Shown piece by piece: positions 1-12,740 of a stretch of 64,000 nucleotides of DNA. Origin of the DNA: Zootoca vivipara. Lineage: Eukaryota. Numbering within the stretch: the stretch's first letter is position 1; every line of letters begins with the position of its first letter. The notes beneath the pieces were generated by a model. That model did no database searches and was not told where the DNA came from. It was given only the letters and a program-made list of their open reading frames with translations. The stretch spans positions 29,946,001 to 30,010,000 of the forward strand of contig NC_083288.1 in NCBI RefSeq assembly GCF_963506605.1, given 5' to 3'. Position numbers and translations under genes: made by a program.

Positions 1-3000
1 AGGATCGGTCGTGAGTATTAAAAGGGGACACTTTGGGTGAGCTAAGAACCACAGCAACTAAAAATCTATTTCTCCGCTTGAACTATCCTTTTCTACTCTC
101 CTCTTTGGACCTCAGTTGCAGCAAGGCTGCCAAGGCACGGGTATAAAGTAGAACTGAGGTGCAGGGCAACAGTCTTTACGTTAAACGCAGTGCTTAGAAA
201 GACTGTCCCAGCTCCCTTCTGCCAAACTGAGCAGAAGTCTGAGCAAACTGTCGCCTTTTCTACCAATCTGGGAATCTGGCTATCCCAGCTCTGTTTCCTA
301 TTCCTCTGCTCTTAATCTTCGGGTGAAGACGCCCCCCTGCCATGGCGACCCATTGTTGGGTATGACCCATGACCAGGGAACGCAAGTGCACCCGTTCTTT
401 TCCAACCTTTTATTCCTCAGTTCCGACCTGGCATTGCATAGGCAAGCGTTCAGTAGGATCTGAGTTTAGTGTGTAAGAGGCAGGGAAGTTGCTGTGGAAC
501 CCTCAGGCAATTGATGACCAGTGGGAGGGTTCCAATAGGGTTTTAGCTGCACCAGGCCGCCTAGTAGTTAGTGCACGCGAACGGCAGGCAGGAACACCAC
601 TAGAACGTGGGGGTGAGTCATGGACTCGGGAAGTTAAGAGTGTCCAAGGAATAGGGTCGGGGACCCGAACTGCAGTATAAAAAGGCTTAAGTAAAATGGG
701 TGCAACCCACTCTAAGGAATTCCTTTCCCAGACTCCCAACCGAGGCAAAGCACAGCTGAGGCTTGGCTCCGGTAAGGACTTTGAGGATGAAAGTCCACTC
801 CAATTCGCTCTCTTAAATTGGCATAAAATCCCCGGGGCGGACAAGCTTGAAGGGAACCAATTGCAAAAACTTTGTAAGAAAAAAACATTGGGTCCGATTT
901 ACTATGGACCACCCAGATGAGGGGAAATGGCTACCAGGAGGTTCCTTTAACATACAGTGAATCTCCGCTTTAAAATTAACCCTGGTGAACTCTGAATGAG
1001 AAAAGTTTTGTGAGGAATCCTACAAAGTATGTTATGGTATAAAATTATATATGTTTGCATGTTACATGTTTGTGTTGTCTGTTAAGTGTATGTGCGTCTG
1101 TTCCTTGTGTCTGCTATAGTTCATTGTTCCCCTTAAAGTAAATGAGAGATGTAATCCAGGTTTAGGAAATTAGGGGTTTGTGTTTAGAATTTGGCCATGA
1201 CACCCACAGACTGCCTTTTTTAAGCATGCATAGTTTAAAATAATATAATAATAATGCAAGCTTGCTTAAATAATCTTATGTAAGGGCTTGATCAACCCAA
1301 AACCATGGCAAATCTTTAAAAGAGTGGAGGTAGTGTGTAAAGGTTTGTTTTAAAGAGGCTGTAGAAGGCCATTTTTTCCTCTCCAAAAGTAAAAAAGAGG
1401 GAGCAGGATGAAGGAAAATAAAGAGTTGTAAGTTTGAAAATGCTTGCTCAATGCTTTGAAAATATTTTGAAACTTGAAAATGTTCACTTCATGAGGTGTG
1501 CAAATGTTTGTTATTGAGAGAGGCTCTAAAAGGGAGTCTTCCTCCAAGTGACTAGAGGAATATTGACTAAAGGAAAATTGAACAGCTATTCCTATAAAGG
1601 TGAATTGTTTGTCAAAAGTAGAGCTTCCATAGCCAGGAATTGTCTATCTGAGTCTAGTTTTAACTTCAATTGTGTTGGACAGAAGGGTTATTGTTGGGCT
1701 CCTAATATCAGTCTCTTAAGGAAAAAACTCATCTGCTAAAGGGTTCTGTATAAAGTTGGTATTTTCATTCAAATCTTGTGAATCCTGTATCTTAGAGGGT
1801 TAGACTAAATGACCTCAGGGTCCCTTCTAACCCCCATTTTAGAGCTATGTGAAAGGCAATGTGTCTGATGTGGTGATGGGTTGAAATTCAGCCCAGCTCT
1901 GCTTTCTGGCAAGGAAAGATTATTGGTTTTCAGAGTTGGAACAAGAGTGTAATTGTTGTTTTTATGGAGTGATTATATAAGTTTTTATCACTTTCTCTAT
2001 TAAGGTTTAAAGTCTAAGCACATATGAAAGTCTTGAACATTTCCCAATCTTTCTCTAGAGAGTAAAAGAGGGGTGTATGTGCATACCTACCCCTTTCTGT
2101 ACAGAAAGGGGGAGCGGGAAGGGAAAAGGGAGATTGTAACCTTGAAAATGTTTGTTTGTGAACTCACAATATTTAAGGTCTGTGTCACAAGGGAGCCATG
2201 TGCTCTGTATGTAATGTTTCACCATGTGACTATGGAATATAGTGTTCCTTCTAGGGAAATGTTATTAAAAGTAGAGGCTCCATAGCCAGCAAATGTCTAT
2301 CTGAGTCACTTTAACCTTGATTCAAATGGACAGAATGGTTTTAGTAAGGAAGTAAATTCCCTCTTAAACTGTTTATCCAATCTTAAGGTTTGCTAAAGGC
2401 TTCTATATAACGTTGGTACTTTTAATCTTCCCCTTCCTTATTTTTCCCTTAGTACACACATGTGCTTCCGTGATAGGGCATAGCCTGTGTTTCCTTCCCA
2501 GTCAGGCGTCTGTACTCAAATGTATGTGTATCCTAAGGGCAGTGATAGTGTTGAGATCCCCATATTTCAGAAGGGGTGGACTAGATTACTCAAGATCCCT
2601 TCCAACCCTTTCCAAACTTGCAAAAAGGAGGGAGAGAAAATGTGTTTGTAAGCACTGAAAAGTGAGTTTAAACCCTGGTGGTATAGTGAAATGGCCTGAA
2701 TTCAGTCAAGCATTACTCTTTGGTGGAGAAGGATGGAAAGATAGATTTTTAAAGTTTGGCATGAAGAGTTTGAGGTGCCATTCAGAAAGAGGTAGAGATG
2801 GTATATCATGCATTGAAAATGAATGTCTGGTGTTATTTTTTCCACCATATTGTCAGCTATTTTTTTTAACTGCAAAACTCCAGCCAACAGTTCAAGCACA
2901 TACAAATTCATAATCAAGCAGAATGAGCCTTGACCATCCCTGTAAATAAAGGGCCAGAAAATTTTGTCTGGAATTGGTAAGGCTGAAAATCAATGAGAAT

Positions 3001-6000
3001 GCAAAGGATTTTATGAATTCTGGCTCTATGACCATATTACCCATAGATAAGGGGGCAGAGAATTTAGTCTGCCATGGCTGTAATAAATTAATTAAAAACA
3101 AACAAACGAAAACATTTGCAATTACGAATTCACCCCGAACCCTGTAGATAAAGGGGGCAAATCAAGATTTATTTTGCCTGGGGTATGAGATGTTTATTTG
3201 GTGACTTCATTAGGACTTTAATCTGACCCAACTTTTATTGCAGCTTCCAAGTTAGTTTAATATTTTTAAGCCTGCTTCTTAAGCAGCAAGAAACAAGAAA
3301 CAATGTATCAAATTGTATTCAGACTCCAAACTAGGAAAACGAATTTAAACTGGCTCTGGAAAAAAAAAAAAAAAACAAAAAACACTGCTATGTTTCTATC
3401 TTTTGTTTGAAATCTAACCCTACTTTAAAATCTACTCTTTCCCCTTCCCCTCCTTTATTCAGATGGTAATTTTGTCAAGAGGTGCAGCACTTTAAAAAAT
3501 GGTACAATAGATTTCTGAATCATGAACTTTGTACATGCACAGAGGCTATGCCAGCTTGAAGAGAAAAATAGAGAGAAAAAGGAGGTTAAAAACAAAACAA
3601 AACAAAAACAGCAACCAAATGCTGAAGGGCCTGTGCCATGCAGGGGAAAATTTGTTTAAATTTCCTTATGTGTCTTTGACTCCAGGGGGTCACTTGAGAA
3701 AACAAAAGGGTCAAGTGTTGGACCATCATTCCAAATCTAATATGCAAAATTCTTTCCAGAGGTAAATATCTCAGCGCTCCCACTTTGAGTTCATCGCTTG
3801 AGTACTTTCATCGCTTGAGTACTTTTTGTTGTTGTTTGTTTCCCCTTTCAACAGGATACTGATTGTGATTTTAGTCAAGGGCTTAGAAAAAACTCCAGAC
3901 TATGCAAACCAAGGGTCTGCTCCCCCTTTCCAATGGGTATTCAGGAAGCACCTTCAGATACTTATCTCGCATTTGCATTTCACCCCAAGCATTAACTCCT
4001 GCATAACCTCCCCCCTTGCAAAGTTCCAACCTAACATGCAAAAATTATTCTCACAGCTTTCCCAGGAAGAACATTTCTAAAGGATATGTGAACCTTTAAG
4101 AAGACTAAACCCCAGTAACAAGTGTTATTTTTTCCTTTCTCCCACAGCAAAAAAAAAAAAAAAAAGGGGGGGGGGTAGTGAAGAGATACAAACAGTAATT
4201 TCTTTCCTTACAGTCTGCAAAACGAGCTTAAATCCCTGCTGTATTAGTTTACTTCCCGCTATAGTTTTATATATTTCCTTTACTTTGATGCTTCTCTTTA
4301 GGTTGCAAATAATCTGCTTTCATTTATTAAATCAGTTTTTCCATTATGTCTATGAAATTAATCTAACCATACTTGTACAACTTTAGATTGCTACTCTTTA
4401 TTTTCATTTGAGATGCTCATTATTAGAAATTGTGTGTTTTAGCATTTATTTATTTATTTTGGTTCCTCATATGTCAGTGTTTTGTTTTGTTATATTTTGG
4501 GGCATGTCCATCACGTGGAATGAGGTCTTTCATTCACTGCGTCTCCAAAACTTATTACTGATGTTTATTCAGGTACCATCTGTGTTTTTCCCCATAGAGT
4601 TCTCTTTTATCAGATAGCACATGATGACTTTTAAGGTTTTTCCCATTATTTTACCATTCACCTTCAAATCTTTAGGTTACAGTCCAATATTAACCTGTAT
4701 GGTCTTTATAATGTCTTCATATTATTTGATAATAATTCTTTTTTTTAATCTGAGATTTTTGTGTCAAGTCCTTCTAAAAATTTTTTTTGTTGTTTGAGTG
4801 GTAATCTAAATATCATTTTGTTTTTATTTATGCATTTTTTTCTATTTCTACTTTTTCTTCCTGTACATACGAATGTAGCATCTAAGTCATTCTTTCCTGT
4901 AAATAATAATGGTAATAATAATCCCTTTCAAACAGGATACGCGAACCTCAAAGAGAATTCGGAACCACACATGGAAAATGTTAATAACTTATCAATTGTG
5001 TCCTAATTAACAAAATTGTTGTCCTCCACAGCCAAACTTGGTGAAGTAAATTAAACAGACTGAGTAGACAATAACAGCAGTAATTAAATATGAATGATAA
5101 TAATAATATTTAAATGAATAAAATGCCTAACTATGATCTTATATTATTTGCAGCTTCCCAAGAAGAAATTTCTAGAATATTCTCCCCTTTCTTGACTATT
5201 TATTATTATTATTTTTTAACTAATTATATCTTCAGGCCCCAACCCCCTGCAGGCCTATTTTCAAAAGGATGTTTTACAGGAAACCAAATTGACATTTTAT
5301 CTCTTTGATCACAACCTAAGAAGGAGGACCTGGAAAGCTATAACGTTTCAGCAAGGTTTAGAAGTGCTGTTATAGAAGTACTGTTAACTTCCTCCCAGTG
5401 ACTCGAAGGCAGACAAGAAAACCCCCTTGTTGGAGATACATGCAAAAGCAGCAAGAATTATCTCAAGTTCACCTGATTGCCTCAAGATATACAAATGGCG
5501 TATAATTAATAATTTGAAGGTTTTGTGCATTGTGTGTTATATAGGAATACTGAAATGTGTCAAATGACTTTGGGACAAAGGGGGAAAGTGAATTGCAAGG
5601 ACATTCTCTCTCCTTGACCTCAAGACTCTGTGCCCTAGGATTTAAAAGCAGCCGGAATTGTCTCAAGATCATGATGGCCTCAAGACATACAACTGAAATA
5701 TGATTATGTTCTATGTTGTGTGATATTCGACAGAAACATTGAACTATGTCTGACAGTATGTTATTTCCACAAGGAGGGGGGGGTGTCAACCAATTTTGTG
5801 TTTAATTGTTTTTTATGTTTAATGTATAGTGTCCCAATGTTTGTTTGTTTATTGGATTATTGCCATGCATTGTATGCCTTTTAGGATCAGGATATTGCAT
5901 AGTCCAGTATTTAGATTAAGATCAATTTATGACCACATTTTCTTGTCCCACCTGGCACTCTGCAGTGTGCCAGCCTTCTTACACAATTTTAGATTGTTTT

Positions 6001-6618
6001 AAATCATTTTACCAAGAATAAGCCCCAAGATCCATGAAACACCAGATAAATGAAGGTATTTATGTCTTGATTTAACAGGAATGATCCCTTTTAGAGTTAA
6101 AATTGACTAATTTGGACATGTTTTGGGGGCTGTATAAATTTTAATTTGGCTTCAGTTCTAATTGGGCAAGTGTATCCAAGGTGCAAGTAGCTTTCTTCCT
6201 TTAAGAGCAACTGGGCAACTCCCTACAGTGCAAGGCCAGAGCCTATAATAAAGGCCCATAGAAAGCCCAAGGCAAAGGCATCTCTCTCATGACATGTCCA
6301 AACCTGTGGCAGCTATGGTGAGTGCCAGGCGACATGGTCAATATGAAAGCCCTAAGGGGATTCACCAGGGATTGTTGCTGTTGTGCCACGATGGAGGTGT
6401 GCAACCAGAGGAGAGCTAGCTTTTTGACACCTGAGAACACACAAAAGGGTAAACAAGCAAACTGCACTTTCCAGGCAATATTGGTGGACCATCCTGTTAA
6501 GTGTAATACATAGACCATTTTTGAGAAATGCTTCTCCCAAAGTACTAAAACAACACATCTGGTTATTCTTTTGTGGGGCAACAATTTTTAAGAAAAATTA
6601 TAGCCCCAAATGGGGGAT
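1..6618 (+). mobile_element. Internal region of a decayed, probably non-autonomous gamma-like (ERV1) endogenous retrovirus; the 5' LTR and PBS lie left of the window
   Basis: Leader followed by Gag-MA at 696. Faint integrase-like remnants (EYFLLLFVSPF ~3817; EVLLTS..LEGR ~5375). Purine-rich PPT-like AAATGGGGGAT lies directly before the LTR at 6619. No long ORFs. Confidence 0.7.
696..960 (+). pseudogene. gag: Retroviral Gag matrix (MA) domain, frameshifted in an A-run (~879-886)
   Basis: MGATHSK fits the N-myristoylation consensus MGxxxS. SPLQFALLNW..LQKLC continues in another frame as HWVRFTMDHPDEGKWLPGGSFN, resembling the gammaretroviral MA motif C..W....WP..G(T/S)FN. Confidence 0.75.
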
Positions 6619-7325
6619 TGTTATAAGAATTTTGAGGTCATATCTATATATATATAATAATGGTTCATAAAACATGTACATGAATGTACAGAAACATGTC
6701 TGAAGCAGCACAGGAAGACAGGCCTTTCTGACACCATTTTGACTCTCTCTGACCAGGTGTTCCTCTGCAAGGAAGAAGGGGGGTGGGGGGAACCTTCTCA
6801 TTGTCTCAGGAATTAAAGTGATAATCCCTGGCATCCTGATACCTGACTGCCAGACAAAAGGGTGTGATTAACTTGGCTGGGAAACAGGGAAATGTAAATA
6901 TCTCTCAATTTTGTTGATTAGGTTTTGGGGGCAGGGGGCAGGGTCCAGGATGCTCAGATTACTGCCACCAGACCTCCCCTTTCATGATGTACCTATGATG
7001 AATCTAGGGAGAGGGGTCTTGGGCTACACCCCTTCTGTGACATATGGATGATGCTTCTGGGGGGTGGGCTGAAACGAATTTCAAATTTCTTTTTAAGGGC
7101 AAGACATCTTTGTTTGGGGTTCCTTCCTTGTTCTCCTGTGTGAGAGGAAGGACCCTGTTGCAACAGCAAAAATAAAAGTGCCTTGCTTCGTACGTCCTGG
7201 TTTGGTCTCTGTCATTTGGTGGGCAGGAGACGCTTAAATTCGTCTGCTTGCCTGGATCCTTGAGCTCTCCCTGGGTCAAGATCCATTTCTCTGGGTTCAT
7301 AGGAACCAGCTTAAATTTTACAACA
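6619..7325 (+). mobile_element. 3' LTR of the ERV (~707 bp)
   Basis: Starts TGTTATAAGAATTT right after the PPT and ends AAATTTTACAACA (imperfect inverted termini, TG..CA). AATAAA at 7171. Related sequence at 14.0-14.4 kb and 25.8-26.2 kb. Confidence 0.85.
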
Positions 7326-8157
7326 GCGGGGAAGAACAAGCAGCATCCCTCTGCAGCTCCCCGCTTCTCGCTGAATGCGGCGGAGGCAGGGGAGGTGGAG
7401 GAGATGCTGCTGGTTGCTCCCCCCCAACCCCGTTTGCAAAAACAAGCCTGCTTTCACGAATGGGGTTGGCAGGGAAGAACGAGCAGCATCCCTCCACTGC
7501 CCACCGCTTCTCACTGAACGTGGCGGAAGCTGCCACCCGCCCCTCCTCCCCTGCTCCCTGTCTAACATCTCCCCCGGGCTGTCTTCCTCTTCCCCTCCCA
7601 CTACCGCCGAAGCCGCCTCCAGCGTGCTCCGCTTTTGTGAGCGGAGCACACTGACAGTGGGGGAGGGGGGGTAAGAGGAAGAGCAGCCTGGGCTGCTCTC
7701 CCCCCCGCCGCCGCCAAAGCCGCTGCCAGTGCGCTGCCCAAGGCCTGAAACCGCCAAAGGTGTGACGTATTGCTACGGGAAAGACAAAATCTGCCAATGC
7801 AAGAAAATTCCTTTCTGGCCTTTCAACAGCAACCCTGACGTAGCAGCGCTTGCGTATCTGTGGGAAAGAGAGTTTAACCTGCAAAATAAGACTTAAATGA
7901 GGGTGTGGAGGGTGGGAGAAGCTCTGGAGCCGACTGGAGCGCGCTGGCCACGGGGGCGGGGGAGGGGGAGAGGAAGAGGAAGAGCAGCCCAGGCTGCACT
8001 TCCTCTCCCCCCTACCCCGCCGCCGCCGAAGTTGCCACCAGCGGGCTCCGCTTTTGCGAGCAGAGCGGGGGGGGGAGCCTTCGCTCCATAGTACGCACAG
8101 ACGTTCCCCCTTCCTTTTTGGGAGGGAACAGTGCGTCCTATGGAGCGAAAAATATGG
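7326..8157. mobile_element. Right part of a GC/CpG-rich non-autonomous Tc1/mariner-type element interrupted by the ERV
   Basis: Ends GTGCGTCCTATGGAGCGAAAAATATGG followed by TA, matching the CCGTATTTTTCGCTCCATAAGACGCAC-type TIR. Internal GC-rich direct repeats (7326-7390 vs 7469-7530). Confidence 0.6.
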
Positions 8158-10018
8158 TAAATGTTTTGAATCTGTTTGCAGGCAGAGTCAGTGGAGCCAT
8201 GAGACTCTGTGGAGTCTCTCTGTGTGTGGAGCCTGACTCAGGAATGGAGCCCGTGCCCAGTGAAGCCTGCACTCTGTTTCATGCTCTGAAGGTAGTTTAA
8301 TTTTCTGTTACACTATGCTGTTATTTGCAAACAAGTTTATTTTAACTCAGTAAAGCTTTTATTCTTTTACTGAAGAAGACTCTATCTTATTAATTTATGC
8401 TGCGCGTCATAAACCCCTTTGCTGAAGCTTGGCCTTTGTACTGGCTCAGCTCCACAACAGTTGTGTCAAACAGGTTAACATTTGGGAACTAAAACTTACA
8501 ACAACCACCAACTGCATCTGCAAAATGCTTTGTTGAGCCAGCAACTCAACAATGTTCTATTTTCTCTGGAGGCAACAGCTGTAAAAGGCAATATAGAACA
8601 ACTCTTTGCAGGTACAGTATAATACTTGCACATTAAGCCATAACCAGAACATCAAGGGAAGAAAATATAATTAATTATAGACATTAACATTCCTATTGCC
8701 TTATTGGTGCCAATTATCTATTTAGGTTAGTGTGGAAACACAAAGAGAAGGCAAAGGGGGGGGGGGATTCAACACATTTTTTTGATCAGGTGCATTGGGC
8801 TCCCTGGAGCATATCTCCAAGATGTCAAAGAAAATAGAACTACAAATTCCTCCCCACAGCTGCTGATAAACCTCAGTGTTGGTAGATACAAACAGAGGGC
8901 TAGGTTTCAAAGAAAAATTGAGAAAGATCAAAGAACTGGGTGAACTACATGCCTTGTCTGCCCATTGCAGACATTGTTGAGACAAGATAAAGTTCAACTT
9001 ACACATATAGGAAACATAATACTTCAAAGTCTTCCTGCTAAACAACTGGATTCTCTCTTTTGAAAACTGCTGCATTTGAACTGATAAGAGATTTCTACCT
9101 GAAACCAGTGAGGCTTATTTCAGTAATGCAAGTGAGTATATCCATTATCAACCATTTAATAGTAAAATTCTATGCACCAAGTATGTCTCAAATTTAGTGG
9201 GACTTAATCCCAGCTAGGTGTTCACAGGATTGCAACCTCCATTCCTAAAATATACATGTTTTGTTATTAAAATATCAATTGTAACAGTTCAATCCAGAAG
9301 TGATAACACTATCATCTTCTTGGGAGATCACTCACAGCCAGGTAAGATTGTCTTCCATAAAAACAGTTTTTACAATGAGGTAAGTTTAGTATTTTCGTGG
9401 TGCAATCTCCTTTTGCAGTTTCTTTTTTCAAGTGCAACCATATTAAGCTCAAAAAAAACTCTCTTTGAGTTCAGAGGGATGCTTTTCCAATCTGAACACA
9501 AGAGAGAGCCTGCAGGGAAAGAGGCAATCTCGGATATTAGGAGAAAAATTCACTTAGCATTCTAATATGTAATATGAGTAGTTTAATTGTGCCCAGAAAC
9601 TAATTTGTAAACCATTGCGGGTGTTTTGTGAGTTCAAAATTGAACCCTGGTCAGTAATAAGACTGCTGCATTGTGAAGCAGCTGGAATTTCTGAGATATC
9701 TACATATTCTTCTTGAGACTAAAGTAGTTATACAGAATTTTCTCATGTACAGCAAAGCTTCTCATCCATTCAAGAGGAATTTATGACATCCACCTTGTTG
9801 TACAATGAGGAAAATATTGAAGGGGCAACAGTGTTATCACAGTCCTCCCTAAATGAAGCACACATTTCATGGTGAATTGTAGCACTGTCCATAACATTAA
9901 TAAATATGAATTAAAATTATCTGCATATAAGCATTAAATGAAATGGAGAATCAGTTCTGATATTTGACGGGATTTTCTATCCCTCACAGATAGCAGGCGA
10001 ACTTGTGTGACATACAAA

Positions 10019-10987
10019 ATGCACAATCTGACATCCACATCTGGATTTCTACTTCTAGAATTTTCTCAGATCCGACAACTACAGATACTACACTTCTTTG
10101 TGTTCCTGGGACTATACTTGATAACGGTAATTGGGAATCTTTTGATCATCTTTGTAATATCCCTTGACCATCACCTGCATACACCAATGTACTTCTTCCT
10201 CATGAACTTGGCCGTTTCTGATATTGGCTCAGTTTCTGTCATTCAACCCAAATCCATGGTTAATTCAATCATGAACAACAGTCACATTTCTTATGCTGCA
10301 TGTGTCACTCAAGTTTTCTTCATTTTCCTCTTTGGATGCTCTAATTTTACTGTGTTAACCATAATGGCACATGACAGGTATGTTGCCATCTGCAATCCAC
10401 TGCAATATGAAGTAATTATGAACAAAGGGGCCTGCATTCAGATAATAACCATTGGATGGATCACCAGTATTCTCTATGGTGTGCTACACACTGCAGGCAC
10501 ATTTTCAATTTCCTTCTGTTCCAATCATGTTGATCAATTCTTCTGTGAAATCCCAAAACTACTAAAATTGTCTTGCTCTGACTTATACCTAGTTGAAGTT
10601 GGACTTCTTGTATTTAGCTGTATTTCTGTTTTTGGATGCTTTGTCTTCATCATTGTAACTTACGTGTGGATCTTGACTACAGTCCTCAAAATGCCTTCTG
10701 AACAGGGACGGCATAAGGCCCTCTCCACCTGCCTTCCCCACCTCCTTGTTGTCTCTGTGTTCATTTTCACTGCAGTCTTTGCCTATATCAGACCACCTAG
10801 GAATAGCTCATCTGGCCTGGATCTAGTCTTTTCTGTGATATATACTAGTCTTCCCCCTATGCTCAACCCATTCATCTATAGCATGAGAAACAAAGAGATC
10901 CAGACTGCATTGTGGAAACAATTAAACCGTAAGCAATTTCCTGACACTCTTCCCAGATATATCCAGAAATGCTTGGGATTTCCTTGA
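10019..10987 (+). CDS. Olfactory receptor, class II, OR14-like (OR-A, 322 aa)
   Basis: OR motifs NxT, GN, LHTPMYFFL, MAHDRYVAICNPL, FFCE, KALSTCLPHL, PMLNPFIYSMRN. The true ATG is at 10019 (the ORF track starts at a GTG). Splice-acceptor-like TTTTCTATCCCTCACAG ends at 9989. Confidence 0.96.
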   Translation: MHNLTSTSGFLLLEFSQIRQLQILHFFVFLGLYLITVIGNLLIIFVISLDHHLHTPMYFFLMNLAVSDIGSVSVIQPKSMVNSIMNNSHISYAACVTQVFFIFLFGCSNFTVLTIMAHDRYVAICNPLQYEVIMNKGACIQIITIGWITSILYGVLHTAGTFSISFCSNHVDQFFCEIPKLLKLSCSDLYLVEVGLLVFSCISVFGCFVFIIVTYVWILTTVLKMPSEQGRHKALSTCLPHLLVVSVFIFTAVFAYIRPPRNSSSGLDLVFSVIYTSLPPMLNPFIYSMRNKEIQTALWKQLNRKQFPDTLPRYIQKCLGFP

Positions 10988-12079
10988 ATAGTCCTGCCCA
11001 GGTGCTGAAAGTGTTGAGATCTGCTAAAGAATTCCCATCATGAATAGGATGGTTTTATAGACAGATAAAAGGTGGGGACACAAGGGTGGTCTTCCATGTC
11101 TGCTAGTAGTTATCATGGCTGCTACATATTTTTAATTTATATTTAAAAATATATCTTATCTATTTGCTCTGTTTAACTCTGTTTTTATGCTAGGGTGGGT
11201 TTGTTCATTATTGATGATGTATGCTTGTTTTTACTGATGCTGATGGTGTTCTTCAGCTTCATGCCATTGCCACATCATACTAGTTGTAGGAAAACCATAG
11301 GCCAGAATAGGCTCTGGCCCAACCTTTTTATGATTGGCAGGCACCTTCCTGAAATGTGCTTTGGTGATCGTATGGGTGACACCAAATCACCTCCAGGAGG
11401 CTGCCTGCAGCCATTGGAAGCAGTGGTGGAGGAAATTGCAAAGGTGCAAGGAGGGGGGAGGGAGGGAGCAAGAGGATGACAAGGGGCACTGGTGGTTGTG
11501 GTGGCATGGTGCATACCGGTTCCTATTTTTGTTTAAACAAAAACAAAAAAAACCACTGAATACAGCAATGGCATATGTTTTATCTCATGTTATGTTGCAG
11601 TATATTAATAAGGAAACAAAATGCAATGGGCTAAGGTGGTGCAATAACTTTCCACTGCAAGAGATTATCAATGGTCTGTCACAAAAGCCGCCCTGTTGAC
11701 ATAACTTTCCGGAACTAAAATTTCCTGTGATGGTGCCCTGGCTTTGGACCTCCCTCCCCTTTGAAATTCCGTAGGATAGGAGCAGAAGTGAGGGTGCTGC
11801 TGCTACCTAGAAATACATGATTGTTGACTTGGTGGGTAGGGTTTAATATCTCTTTTGTGTTTGTGGATTTGGGGTCTGCTAGTAGTTATCATGGCCACTA
11901 CATGTTATCTCTTTTAGTTTATATTGATGTTTTAAGAATATCTTTTCTGTATTTGCTCTATTTAGCTTTGTATACTGAGGTAGTTTCTTTATTATTGATG
12001 ATGCATGCTGATGGTGTTCTATTTTAGGCTTATTGGTGTACAGCCTGAGATCTGCATCAAGCACAGGATATAAACATTT

Positions 12080-12150
12080 GTACTGGACTATTTATTTTAA
12101 ATGTTTGTAAATGATGCCAATAAAGGTTTTGATTGATTGATTGATTGATT
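12080..12150 (+). mobile_element. 71-bp LINE 3' stub with a (GATT)n tail
   Basis: CAATAAAGGTTTT(GATT)n flanked by the 14-bp TSD GGATATAAACATTT (12066-12079 and 12151-12164). Empty site in the paralogous flank near 19778. Confidence 0.8.
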
Positions 12151-12489
12151 GGATATAAACATTTTACAGAAGAATAAATAGCAAAGTTCTTCAGCTGCAT
12201 CAGAATGCACCTCCCACCTTTAACCATATTTGCTTGCACCATTTCAGCTTTTAGACATATCCCCTCATCATCAGCACATGCATGTGTAATCTCCCTGCAT
12301 TTCATCCACGTTTTTCTGGAGTTTTTAAGAAAGATGGATTGCAGGATTGTCCTCTCGTTTTTCTGCTAACATGTGATGTTAATGCCTGGTGTTGATGGTG
12401 TATTTTTCTCAAGAGTCCCAGTTAGAACAGGTGAGCTAATGCCATTACTTTTCAAAACTACAACAGCAAGTCAATCAACCCTACCAGCT

Positions 12490-12679
12490 ATATTGAACCA
12501 ATTCCTCTGTGAAATCCAAAACTACTAAATTTGTCTTGCTCTGCCTTGCACATATCTGAAGTTGAATTTGTTGTATTTAGCACTATTATAACATTAGGGT
12601 GTTTTATCCTCAGAGTTATAACTTCTGTGTGGATCTTTACTGCTGTCCTCAAAATCCATTCTGAATAGTGGCATACTAT

Positions 12680-12711
<32 letters not shown>

Positions 12712-12740
12712 ATGGCATAAGGCCCTCTTCACTTTCCTGT
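12490..12740 (+). pseudogene. OR fragment (EC2-TM5-IC3) with frameshift, stop and an (ACT)n insertion
   Basis: Homologous to OR-A 10530-10730 (QFxCEI..LSCS..WI.TAVLK..HKAL). Confidence 0.85.

Noticed and set aside
5745-5790. SMLFPQGGGGV, resembling the retroviral Env immunosuppressive-domain region
   Set aside because: Too short and degenerate to call env without a profile search.
7248-8300. Many overlapping 60-190 aa ORFs in CpG-rich DNA (possible gene or CpG-island promoter)
   Set aside because: Low-complexity GC-rich interior of a mariner-type element; stop-poor in all frames with no recognisable domain.
10007-10018. ORF-track N-terminal extension MTYK (also at 29571-29582)
   Set aside because: It starts at GTG; the ATG 12 nt downstream aligns with the OR-B and OR-D starts.
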